A stretch of DNA of 64,000 nt from Oceanispirochaeta sp. (GTDB lineage: Bacteria > Spirochaetota > Spirochaetia > DSM-2461): the NCBI GenBank assembly GCA_963666275.2, contig CAXXOA010000003.1, positions 32,001-96,000 of the forward strand, written 5' to 3'. Every line of letters starts with the position of its first letter. The stretch's first letter is position 1. Below the pieces are notes generated by a model. That model had not been told where the DNA came from, did not search any database, and was given only the letters and a program-made list of their open reading frames with translations. The translations under genes and the position numbers were made by a program. Shown one piece after another: positions 28,935 through 37,752 of this stretch.

Positions 28935-29879
28935 TCAGTTCTGGATAGGGGTTTGATTATTTTTCAGCACTTTATCAAAGAATGCCAGAATCTTTTCTTT
29001 GGTCTGTTCCTGAAAAAATTCGCGTGTACCATGACCGCCGTTTATAATCCGGATAAGATCCACCCTGTCTTCCAATCCTTTTTCTGCAATTTTTTCATAT
29101 AACTCTTCACTCTGCTCGAAAGGTACCAGAGGATCCTGATCTCCGTGAAGGATAATCATGGGACACATGGAGTCAGTGATGTAATTGACCGGGCTGGCAT
29201 CATGGAGTTTGGGCCAGGCTTCCGGTCCGTCTTCACCAACAAGTGCTCCGCCATGGGTCTCTCCTATACTCTTCCAGCGGTAGTCGGGGTTGTTTTTTAT
29301 CTCTTCCAAATCCATTTCCAGCAGTTTTACTAGATTGGCGGGACCGAAGAGATTGCAGCAGGCCTGGACTTTTGATGAAAATCCGTTCCACTCATCCGAT
29401 ATATTATCCTCCAAATTCATAGAGGCCATTGTGGAGAGATAACCGCCGGCAGATCTGCCGATAATACCGATATTCTCCGGATCTATCAGATATTCATCTG
29501 CATGGGCGCGAAGGAACCGGACGGCTGTTTTTACATCGATTATCTGATCGGGATAGTGGCCCTGGGCGCTGCTGCGGTAGTAAATGGATGCAACAACGTA
29601 ACCTGCCTCTGCAAGGAACTGCATCTCGGATACCATAAGGTTCTTATCGCATCCCCGGAAACCGCCGCCGGGAACCCAGACGATAAGGGGTTTCCGGGCC
29701 GATTCGGCCTCGTCATCCAGTCCTGCGGCAAGGCGCATTTCGCTATTGCCGTTCTGTACCATAATTGACAGAAGCAGATCCATGGGATTTCCATTCAGGT
29801 CTGTGACATGGGAATAGCAGATATTGTCCAGAAAATTGATACTTCTCCTTTCTTTTCCCGGATCGAGATCATATTTCAT
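28935..29879 (-). CDS. Alpha/beta hydrolase (BD-FAE / acetyl- or feruloyl-esterase-like)
   Basis: PGGGF, GRSAGG nucleophile elbow, ASP..Y, HGDQDPLVP, GGHG. Confidence 0.85.
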   Translation of the reverse strand: MKYDLDPGKERRSINFLDNICYSHVTDLNGNPMDLLLSIMVQNGNSEMRLAAGLDDEAESARKPLIVWVPGGGFRGCDKNLMVSEMQFLAEAGYVVASIYYRSSAQGHYPDQIIDVKTAVRFLRAHADEYLIDPENIGIIGRSAGGYLSTMASMNLEDNISDEWNGFSSKVQACCNLFGPANLVKLLEMDLEEIKNNPDYRWKSIGETHGGALVGEDGPEAWPKLHDASPVNYITDSMCPMIILHGDQDPLVPFEQSEELYEKIAEKGLEDRVDLIRIINGGHGTREFFQEQTKEKILAFFDKVLKNNQTPIQN

Positions 29880-29926
29880 AATAGTTAACTCCAGATAAAT
29901 AGTTGATCAACAGGATCTATTAAGGC

Positions 29927-29972
29927 AAAAAACAGGTGTATCCTGAGACAGGGGTTCTCAGATGCACCTGTT
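29927..29972 (-). terminator. Probable terminator or attenuator after tctC2
   Basis: Long imperfect stem aacaggtgtatc...gatgcacctgtt with a U-run on the minus strand. Confidence 0.45.
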
Positions 29973-30000
29973 AAACAATAGGGCGGTTTCTGTATCCGGT

Positions 30001-30984
30001 TTATTTCAGACCGAGTATAGCCGCAGTTTCTCCGATTTTCCTGTCTCCTTCGACAAGACGGGTTTCACTGTCTGCCAGAGGAAGGTACCGGAGGGGCATA
30101 TGCATTTTATCAAACTGACCGGAAACGGCAGGATCTGACATAACTTCCTTAAATGCAAGGTTGACCTTTTCTGCTACAGCAGGATCTAAACCGGCGGGGC
30201 CGAGAATAAAAAAGTCCAGACCGTACACAGCGCTTTCATATCCCAGCTCATAAAGGGAGGGATAGTCAGGAGCACCCGGATCTCTTTCAGAAAAACCTGC
30301 TATGGTTGCCAGAATGTTCAGCTTGTCTGCTTCGGCATACTGAAGAGCTCCCGGTGTGTTAACAAATGCCGCATCGATGGTGCCGCCCTGAACTGCTACC
30401 AGTTTGTCCGCATCGGAACCTGCTTCGACGATTTTGAACTGGGCATCACTGTCTTTAATAAGAAGGCCTGCCATAAAGTGGGAAGAACCTTTCAGCTGTA
30501 CACCCAGTGTAATTTTGCCCGGGTTCGTTCTGGTTGCGGCAATGAGATCTTCAATAGAACTGTAGGGTGAGTCCGGGCCGACAACTAAAGAATAGCTTCC
30601 GTCTACGGGCATGACAGCACAGGTTGTAAACTCTTCAGACGGGGAGTGGTCATACTGACCTGTGTGGTAGCTGGAGAACATTCCGGAGTGGTAGAACAGA
30701 ATTGTGCTTCCGTCAGTTTTGGAATTTCTTACTGTTTCAGATGCGACGCTTCCTCCACCGGAAGGCTGATTGACCACAACAAAGGGTTTTCCCAATTTTT
30801 CCTGCAGTGCCTTTGCCAGGATTCGGGCTGCCGCATCTGTACCGCCCCCTGCCTTTGCAGGAACTACAAACTGAACACTGCCCTTGGGCCATTCCGCTCC
30901 GTTTCCGGACTTTTCAGACTGGCCTTCCGCAAATGCGGAGAGAGTCAGAATCGATAGAACTAAAATACTAATAATTTTCTTCAT
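30001..30984 (-). CDS. tctC: TTT substrate-binding protein TctC (copy 2)
   Basis: WP..VVP.KAGGGTD..AR, VVNQPSGGG; signal peptide MKKII...FAEGQSE after AAGGAG. Confidence 0.9.
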   Translation of the reverse strand: MKKIISILVLSILTLSAFAEGQSEKSGNGAEWPKGSVQFVVPAKAGGGTDAAARILAKALQEKLGKPFVVVNQPSGGGSVASETVRNSKTDGSTILFYHSGMFSSYHTGQYDHSPSEEFTTCAVMPVDGSYSLVVGPDSPYSSIEDLIAATRTNPGKITLGVQLKGSSHFMAGLLIKDSDAQFKIVEAGSDADKLVAVQGGTIDAAFVNTPGALQYAEADKLNILATIAGFSERDPGAPDYPSLYELGYESAVYGLDFFILGPAGLDPAVAEKVNLAFKEVMSDPAVSGQFDKMHMPLRYLPLADSETRLVEGDRKIGETAAILGLK

Positions 30985-31038
30985 AATATGCTCCTTTCGT
31001 ATAACGTTAAGATCCTTTGGGATCTCTAATTCCATGGT

Positions 31039-32529
31039 TTAGGCTTTTTCTCTCAGTTTCCGGATAGCATCCTTGATATAGGGCCATACAACGCTGAAAA
31101 CGGCCGCAGCCAGAAGCAGTCCTGAAATAGGACGGGTAAAGAAGGGCATAATACCCTGGTCGGTATAGGTAAATCCCTTTCTGAGATTGGATTCCAGCAT
31201 GGGCCCCAGGATAAAACTGAGAATAAAGGGGCTTGTGGGTATCTTGACGATATCAAAGAGGAATCCCAGAGCAGCAAAACTCAGAAGCAGGACAAAGTTA
31301 AAAGCTGTGCTGGAGCTGATGAATACACCGACAAAACCGAGAACAATAATAACCGGATAGAGGTAGTAGTAGGGGATCTTCAGTATCATTGGAAAGAGTC
31401 TCATTCCGAAAAACTGCTGAAACAGTACCAGAATTGACGCAAAAAGGGCAGTTCCAAAGAGGGTGAAGACGATGGCTGGATTATTGGTGAAAAGCAGTGG
31501 TCCCGGCTGAATTCCATGGATCATCAGACCGCCCAGCAGAATCGCTGTTGTTCCGTCTCCGGGTATCCCCAGGGCAACCATGGGAATCAGAGATCCGCCG
31601 ACAGAAGCATTGTTGGAAATTTCCGATGCGAACACACCGTCAACAATACCGGTACCGAATTTTTCCGGATGTTTGGAACTGCTTTTTGCCTGGGCATAGG
31701 CCACCATATTGGAGAGGGCTGCTCCCATTCCCGGAAGGAAACCGATCCAGAGTCCGATAAAAAACGACCTGATCAGGTTCCAGATATTATCAATATACTC
31801 TTTAAGGGTAACACCGAATCCGGTGATGTTTTTCATATCCACAGGGGGAAGTTCCTTCTGGCCTTTCCCATAGTCCAGTACAATCTGTTTGATAGCAAAA
31901 AGTCCAAGCATCAGAGAGATCAGGTCGAACCCTCCGTTCAGATAAATATTTCCAAATGCAAAGCGGGGATACCCGTCAATAGGCGCAAAACCGACGGAGC
32001 TGAGTAGCAGACCGATAGCCGCTGAAGCCAGTCCTTTGAAAATGTTGTCTCTGGACAGGGCTGCTACCAGGGTAATGGCGCAGAAGCCCAGTGAGAAATA
32101 CTCCCAGGGACCCAGTTTGAGAGCCAGGTCAGCTATAACAGGACTGAGAAATGTCGCTATAATTATGCTGAAAAAAGTACCCAGAAACGAAGCAGTAATC
32201 GCGGCTCCCAGGGCTTTGACAGCCTGTCCGTTTTTGGTCATAGGGTATCCATCAAAACAGGTCGCAATAGCTGAAGGGGATCCTGGTATACCCAGAAGAA
32301 TGGAACCTACCATGGCTCCTGAAACACCTCCGACCCAGATACCTATCAGCATGGCAAGTCCTAGATGGGGATCCATCCCGAAGGTGACAGGCAGAAGAAG
32401 AGCAACTCCCAGGCCGCCGCTGAGACCGGGAATGGCACCCAGAACAATACCGAGAGCGGCTGCACAGAATACAAGCAGGAAGGTACCTGGATGAAGCAGT
32501 GATAAAAGACTTGTTAAAAACATTTCCAT
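31039..32529 (-). CDS. tctA: TTT permease TctA
   Basis: GAIPGL, GIPGSP, DGYPM, GFLPG.GA, E..NNA, LGIPGD, GIQPGP. Confidence 0.95.
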   Translation of the reverse strand: MEMFLTSLLSLLHPGTFLLVFCAAALGIVLGAIPGLSGGLGVALLLPVTFGMDPHLGLAMLIGIWVGGVSGAMVGSILLGIPGSPSAIATCFDGYPMTKNGQAVKALGAAITASFLGTFFSIIIATFLSPVIADLALKLGPWEYFSLGFCAITLVAALSRDNIFKGLASAAIGLLLSSVGFAPIDGYPRFAFGNIYLNGGFDLISLMLGLFAIKQIVLDYGKGQKELPPVDMKNITGFGVTLKEYIDNIWNLIRSFFIGLWIGFLPGMGAALSNMVAYAQAKSSSKHPEKFGTGIVDGVFASEISNNASVGGSLIPMVALGIPGDGTTAILLGGLMIHGIQPGPLLFTNNPAIVFTLFGTALFASILVLFQQFFGMRLFPMILKIPYYYLYPVIIVLGFVGVFISSSTAFNFVLLLSFAALGFLFDIVKIPTSPFILSFILGPMLESNLRKGFTYTDQGIMPFFTRPISGLLLAAAVFSVVWPYIKDAIRKLREKA

Positions 32530-32542
32530 ATGTTGATACCTC

Positions 32543-33004
32543 CTAAAAGAATATTCCCGGGGGAAGGAACGAATTCAGCACTTTGCTGAATACGACGTAG
32601 ACCGCTGCAAATGTAATCAGGGAGTAAATAATCCCCTTTACCGGTCTGGTCTTTTCCGGGCCGGCAATCTGCCGGTAAAACAGGTAGAGCATAACGGGCG
32701 TGGCAATCAGGAATCCGAGGAACTTTAATGCGAGCGCAAAGATAATGAATAAAGATGTCATTATTCCTGCCCGTTTCCAGCCCTCTTTTGTCAGAAAGGG
32801 CTCGTCTTTAACTGATTTTTCCTTCTTGGATTTTGTAAATAGAATTCCAAGTCCGCTGATGACCAGAAGAAAACTCCCCAGATAGGGAAAAATCCGGGGA
32901 CCCGGATCATCGGAGAAGGTTTTAACCGGTATTAGCGATGTCAGAATCACCATTGTTATACCAAGGGCTAAAATCACTACTCCTGTAATTTTTTCACTTT
33001 TCAT
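32543..33004 (-). CDS. tctB: TTT small permease TctB
   Basis: GPRIFP, LGF.IAT, F...L...LPPG; 4 TM. Confidence 0.9.
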   Translation of the reverse strand: MKSEKITGVVILALGITMVILTSLIPVKTFSDDPGPRIFPYLGSFLLVISGLGILFTKSKKEKSVKDEPFLTKEGWKRAGIMTSLFIIFALALKFLGFLIATPVMLYLFYRQIAGPEKTRPVKGIIYSLITFAAVYVVFSKVLNSFLPPGIFF

Positions 33005-33063
33005 CTATATATGGTTCCTTTTTAAATTCCCCGAAAGAGTGACATTCCGGGGTATATAGGCAC

Positions 33064-34038
33064 TTATCTAATATCCAGTGTTGCCGCTAGAGTATTGATT
33101 TTTTCATCCTCCTTGTTAAGGAGTTCCTGAACTTCCGCTACAGTCCTGTATTTGAAAGTTTCAGACATTTTCTCAAGCTGTTCCTGAACAGTCGAGTCTA
33201 CCAGCATTCCTTTAGTCGCTGCATTGATGGCTTCAACTATCGCCGGGTCCATATCTTTGGGGCCCCAGAGACAGAGAGGGGCAATCCATGTGGCATTCAC
33301 GCCCTGATCAATGGCAGGAACAAACTGAGGATACTGGGGTGCGGGATCCGCATCAATCAGACCGAGTACTTTCATTTTTCCAGCTTCTTCATACTGTTGT
33401 GCTGACGCGACACCAAGGTTGCCGATAGTTAAATGACCGCCCTGAATGGCAGCTACTTTATCAACTTCAGAAGAGGCTTCCACCAGTTTCAGATTAATCC
33501 CTGTGTTTTCCATAAGCATACCGGCGATGAAGTGTGTTGTTCCGCCAAGAGATATACCAATAGTATATTTTCCGGGGTTTTCAGCTGCGTCATCGACAAA
33601 CTCTTTCATGTTGTTCCAGGGGGCATCGGGAGAAACCGCATAGACCTGAGGGGGATAGCTCTGTGCGATAGCGATAGCAGTGAAATCCTCCATTGTATGG
33701 TCGTACCTGCCGGTTGCCATATTTACCATAATTCCTGTGTGATTGAACAGAAGGGTCATTCCATCGGGTTTCGCTGTACGAACCTGTTCATAGGCTACAG
33801 TCCCGCCCCCTGAAGGCTGATTGACCACGACTACGGGGCTTCCGATTTCCCGCTGCAGGTATTCAGCAAAAATCCTGGCGTTGATATCCGTCCCGCCGCC
33901 GGCTTTGGCCGGTACAATAATCTGCACATTCCCTTTAGGCCATGCAGCTTTTTCTGAGCCCGACTCCTGGCTGCCTTCGGCATTCAGGAAAAAGACCGCT
34001 GTTATAAGACATAATAGAACAGCACCCAATCTCTTCAT
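33064..34038 (-). CDS. tctC: TTT substrate-binding protein TctC (copy 1)
   Basis: IVPAKAGGGTD..AR, KPDGMTLL; signal peptide. Confidence 0.9.
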   Translation of the reverse strand: MKRLGAVLLCLITAVFFLNAEGSQESGSEKAAWPKGNVQIIVPAKAGGGTDINARIFAEYLQREIGSPVVVVNQPSGGGTVAYEQVRTAKPDGMTLLFNHTGIMVNMATGRYDHTMEDFTAIAIAQSYPPQVYAVSPDAPWNNMKEFVDDAAENPGKYTIGISLGGTTHFIAGMLMENTGINLKLVEASSEVDKVAAIQGGHLTIGNLGVASAQQYEEAGKMKVLGLIDADPAPQYPQFVPAIDQGVNATWIAPLCLWGPKDMDPAIVEAINAATKGMLVDSTVQEQLEKMSETFKYRTVAEVQELLNKEDEKINTLAATLDIR

Positions 34039-34064
34039 TTTAAACTCCTTTAACCATTTAGATA

Positions 34065-34955
34065 TTATTTAAACGCTTCTGTCAAAGCGTTAATAATTAA
34101 ATCTCTTGCTTCCTTGGATTCCGCCGTTCCATGAATGACGAATCCATGATCGCTTTCGAGGAAACTCCGCATTTTAACTTCTACTCCCGCATGCAACAGC
34201 ATGAGAGCATATCTTTCCGCTTCAAATCTCAGGCAGTCTTTTCCAGCTGTAAGAATCAGGGCGGGAGGCATTCCTTTCAGGGTGTCTTCTTCAGCACAGA
34301 CAAGAGAAAAGTAGGGGTTAGAGTAATCTTCCATCTTGTCCATGTACAGGGAGGAGAAATATCTCATCCTTTCGACCGGAAGTACCGTATGGGGTTCCAC
34401 TTTTTCAGCGGGGTCGGTTTGAGCATCAAGAAAGGGGTAGTCCAGTATCTGAAGGCAGGGGGTGAAGTGTTTGCTCTGGTTGGCAATGAGGCAGATCGCT
34501 GCAGCAAAATTTCCGCCGGCGCTGTGCCCCCCGACGGCAATCCTCTCTGGATCAACCTGCAGTTCTTCTGCATTTTCAAATGCCCATTTCACCACATCGT
34601 AGCATTCGTTCAGACCTACCGGAAAGGGGTATTCCGGAGCCAGTTTATAATCTATATCAATGACTTTACATCCCAGAGTTTCAGCGACATAGGAGCAGAA
34701 TATGGTATCCCTCTTTTCATGTCCCCGAACGAATCCTCCTCCGTGCATATTGATAAATAAGGGATATTTCGTTTTCTTTTTCCTGGGTTCTATAAAAATG
34801 GTACGGGCTTCACCCTCTCTCGTGGGAATCGATCTTTCATACCGGTCAACTTTTTCCAGATAAGACACCATTTCTGGTGTCAGGTGAGTCTGAACGACTG
34901 ATGAACTCCGAAGCTGTTTCGCGACTTTTAATTTTTCATCATATGTCAGGATCAA
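34065..34955 (-). CDS. HSL-family (family IV) esterase/lipase, TTG start
   Basis: HGGGF, DYKLAPEYPFP, GHSAGG, D.L, HGF. Confidence 0.92.
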   Translation of the reverse strand: MILTYDEKLKVAKQLRSSSVVQTHLTPEMVSYLEKVDRYERSIPTREGEARTIFIEPRKKKTKYPLFINMHGGGFVRGHEKRDTIFCSYVAETLGCKVIDIDYKLAPEYPFPVGLNECYDVVKWAFENAEELQVDPERIAVGGHSAGGNFAAAICLIANQSKHFTPCLQILDYPFLDAQTDPAEKVEPHTVLPVERMRYFSSLYMDKMEDYSNPYFSLVCAEEDTLKGMPPALILTAGKDCLRFEAERYALMLLHAGVEVKMRSFLESDHGFVIHGTAESKEARDLIINALTEAFK

Positions 34956-35037
34956 TTCTTCACTCCTTATTCAGCTGGTTTAAACATGTCTTCCTGATTC
35001 AGGTTTGCAATATGTGACAGCCTTGTGTTCGGTTAGT

Positions 35038-35053
35038 TGCAAAGGATATGCCA
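35038..35053 (-). promoter_or_regulatory. sigma54 -24/-12 promoter TGGCAT-ATCCT-TTGCA
   Basis: Matches TGGCAC-N5-TTGCA, 83 bp upstream of the esterase start. Confidence 0.85.
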
Positions 35054-35196
35054 TTTGGCTTAATTTCCGTTTTTTTTGTTTCTCTTATTAGCTGGTATTT
35101 GTGTAATTCTCTTATTGGTATAAAGATAGTTTATTGAAAATTCTGAATAAAATTGGCAGACTCTATCTGAGTCGCTGGGAAAGATAATTTTTATTT

Positions 35197-35213
35197 TGTT
35201 GCAATATGCAACA
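35197..35213. promoter_or_regulatory. Putative bEBP enhancer TGTTGCA-ata-TGCAACA (weaker copy at ~35236)
   Basis: Perfect 7-bp dyad ~145 bp upstream of the sigma54 promoter. Confidence 0.65.
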
Positions 35214-35259
35214 AGTGATGTATAATTTTAATAACTGTTGCATATTGCGGAGGTTGGGC

Positions 35260-37242
35260 TTGGCGAAGATCCTTCACGTGGTTCCTGATGAATCTGTTAA
35301 AAAGCTGGTTCGGGAGGCCATAGATGAACACCATCAGTACTATTCGCATATTTATCCGAAAAGGGTTTACTGTGATGTAGAACTGACCATCAGAAAAAGT
35401 GTCGATTTCGTAGAGCAAGGGGAATTTAATGCAGATGTTATTATTGCCAGGGGGCTGCTGGCAACTAAACTGAAAAAGACTCATCCCTCCATCCCCGTGG
35501 TGGAAACACCAGTTACTATCAGTGATCTGATGCTGTCTCTGCAGGAATTGAAGCAGATTAATCCCGAACCTTCCGGCATTGCTCTCATCGGACTGGGAAT
35601 GATTCTCCATCAGGCGAAAGTGGCGGGAGATCTTTTCGATGTGGAATTTGAACCAATTGATTATCTGCTTACACCAAAATCTTCGAATGTGATCGAGGAA
35701 CTTTTTGAGGAAGCCCTTTCCAGGGGCTATACCTCGTTTATGGGCGGTAGCTCTCTTGTTCAACTGGCAAAAGCAAATGGATACCCAGCCAGTTTTGTTA
35801 ACAGCAGCAAGGATTCCATCTGGCTTGCTCTGACAGAAGCTCAGCACATAGCCGCCATCCGGCGGGTAGAGCGGGAAAGAGCCGCCCGTTTTGAAACAAT
35901 ACTCAACCACTCTCTGGAAGGGATCATTGCCACCAACTCCTACCGGCGTATTATACAGATGAATTCAGCTGCCGGAGAAGTTCTGGGGCTGGATCCTGTA
36001 AAGGCCATCGGAGCAAGGATTGAAGACCTTATCCCTGAACCCAAATTCCTTGCATTCCTGCGAAAAGACAGGAATTGCTACAATGAACTGATAAAGCTGG
36101 GAAAGAGTCGGATTGTTTTAAATAAGGTTGCCTCTTCTCTGGGGGAGGAAACAATAGGAAATGTTTTCACCCTTCAGGATGTGAGCAATCTACAATCAAC
36201 GGAAATCAAGATACGCAGTGAGCTGAACCGCCGCGGTTTGGTGGCCAAATACAGTTTTGAAGATATTATCGGCGAGAGTTCTCAGATCAAAACAACCATA
36301 GAAAGGGCCAGGATGTTTGCCCTGGTTCCCTCCAATACTCTGATTGTAGGAGAAACCGGTACGGGGAAAGAGCTTTTTGCTCAGAGTATGCATAATGCCA
36401 GCCCCCGGAAGGATGCTCCCTTTGTGGCTGTAAACTGTGCGGCTATTCCTGAGAATCTGATGGAGAGCGAGTTTTTCGGGTATACAGGCGGTGCATTTAC
36501 CGGGGCATCCAAAGAAGGTAAGATGGGTTTTTTTGAACTGGCTCATGAGGGAACACTATTTCTGGATGAGGTTTCAGAAATTCCTTTTAAGCTGCAGAGT
36601 AAACTTCTCCGTGTTATTCAGGAAGGGGAGGTTATGAGAATCGGTCACGATAAGATTATTCCTGTCAAAGTAAGGGTTATCTGCGCGTCCAATAAAAATC
36701 TGAAACCCCTTGTCCGGGAGGGGCAGTTCCGGGAGGATCTCTATTATCGTCTTGCGGTACTGCAGCTTCAGCTTCCTCCACTGAGAAACCGCGGAAGGGA
36801 TGTAGGGCTTCTGGCCGATTATTTCATCGCCCAATACTCTTCTCTTTTTTCTTCCAGAAAAAAAAGTCTTACAGACCAGGCCAGGGAGGCTCTTATAGGC
36901 AATTGCTGGGAGGGGAATATCCGGGAACTCAGGAATGTCTGTGAGCAGCTTGTCGTTCTGAACAGGTCCTACTCTGTGGGGATCGACGATGTGAAGAGTG
37001 TTATGGAGCCTGCTATGGCTTCTTCCTACTGTGAAGAACCCGGTAGGGATTCCGTCACGATACCAGGTCTGAGAAGGACCGGAGAACTGATCAGGGAGAA
37101 TGAAAAAGAACTTATCCTGCAGGTTCTGGAAGAGCAGGGATATAATAGAACCAAAGCATCGGAAATCCTCGGGATTAACCGCTCCACACTCTGGAGGAAA
37201 ATGAAAGAATTCGGCATAGAGTGTCGCACTACTTTAAAATAG
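35260..37242 (+). CDS. sigma54-dependent activator, PrpR-like (PrpR_N-PAS-AAA+-HTH)
   Basis: IIARG (PrpR_N), GETGTGKE, GAFTGA, LFLDEV, WEGNIREL, Fis-type HTH; TTG 35260 follows GGAGG. Confidence 0.92.
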   Translation: MAKILHVVPDESVKKLVREAIDEHHQYYSHIYPKRVYCDVELTIRKSVDFVEQGEFNADVIIARGLLATKLKKTHPSIPVVETPVTISDLMLSLQELKQINPEPSGIALIGLGMILHQAKVAGDLFDVEFEPIDYLLTPKSSNVIEELFEEALSRGYTSFMGGSSLVQLAKANGYPASFVNSSKDSIWLALTEAQHIAAIRRVERERAARFETILNHSLEGIIATNSYRRIIQMNSAAGEVLGLDPVKAIGARIEDLIPEPKFLAFLRKDRNCYNELIKLGKSRIVLNKVASSLGEETIGNVFTLQDVSNLQSTEIKIRSELNRRGLVAKYSFEDIIGESSQIKTTIERARMFALVPSNTLIVGETGTGKELFAQSMHNASPRKDAPFVAVNCAAIPENLMESEFFGYTGGAFTGASKEGKMGFFELAHEGTLFLDEVSEIPFKLQSKLLRVIQEGEVMRIGHDKIIPVKVRVICASNKNLKPLVREGQFREDLYYRLAVLQLQLPPLRNRGRDVGLLADYFIAQYSSLFSSRKKSLTDQAREALIGNCWEGNIRELRNVCEQLVVLNRSYSVGIDDVKSVMEPAMASSYCEEPGRDSVTIPGLRRTGELIRENEKELILQVLEEQGYNRTKASEILGINRSTLWRKMKEFGIECRTTLK

Positions 37243-37283
37243 TCTTTTACAGGAAAGACCAGTCCGGTGTCCTGTTCCTTCTT

Positions 37284-37742
37284 CTAAAAGATAAATAGAG
37301 CTTTAAGAAGAAGGAAAAGAAAACCCAGCCCAAGAAGTATAAAAAGTCCTTTTGTGATAAAAAGTTCTCCCGATAGGGATTTCACATTCCTTTCATGATC
37401 CTTATGCAGCGCTTTCAACGGGTAGGCCGCCAGTTTAAATGTTTTTTCAATCTGACTTGTTATTACAATAAACAGAGAACATTTTCTCTGGTAGTTTTCA
37501 TGCAGGAACAGAAGTATAAATGTAAAGAAAAAACCGAAACAGGCTGCATACCGGGCATAATTAATCAGTCCTTCTTTCAGTAAAAATCCAACAGCCGTCA
37601 TCAGAACAACAACCTGAGCTATGGTAGAAACCCGAATATTCAATGCGGCCGCTGAGTAATGTCTGAAGGTTGAACAGCCTTCTTTGTATGCTTCAATCAT
37701 CTGAAGAGAATCTGCTGACTCCTGATTACAGTTGCTTTCCAA
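37284..37742 (-). CDS. Small hypothetical membrane protein (~3 TM)
   Basis: Open frame just downstream of garD; GAGG-type RBS before TTG 37742 (alternative ATG 37700). Confidence 0.5.
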   Translation of the reverse strand: MESNCNQESADSLQMIEAYKEGCSTFRHYSAAALNIRVSTIAQVVVLMTAVGFLLKEGLINYARYAACFGFFFTFILLFLHENYQRKCSLFIVITSQIEKTFKLAAYPLKALHKDHERNVKSLSGELFITKGLFILLGLGFLFLLLKALFIF

Positions 37743-37752
37743 TTGTCTTCCT

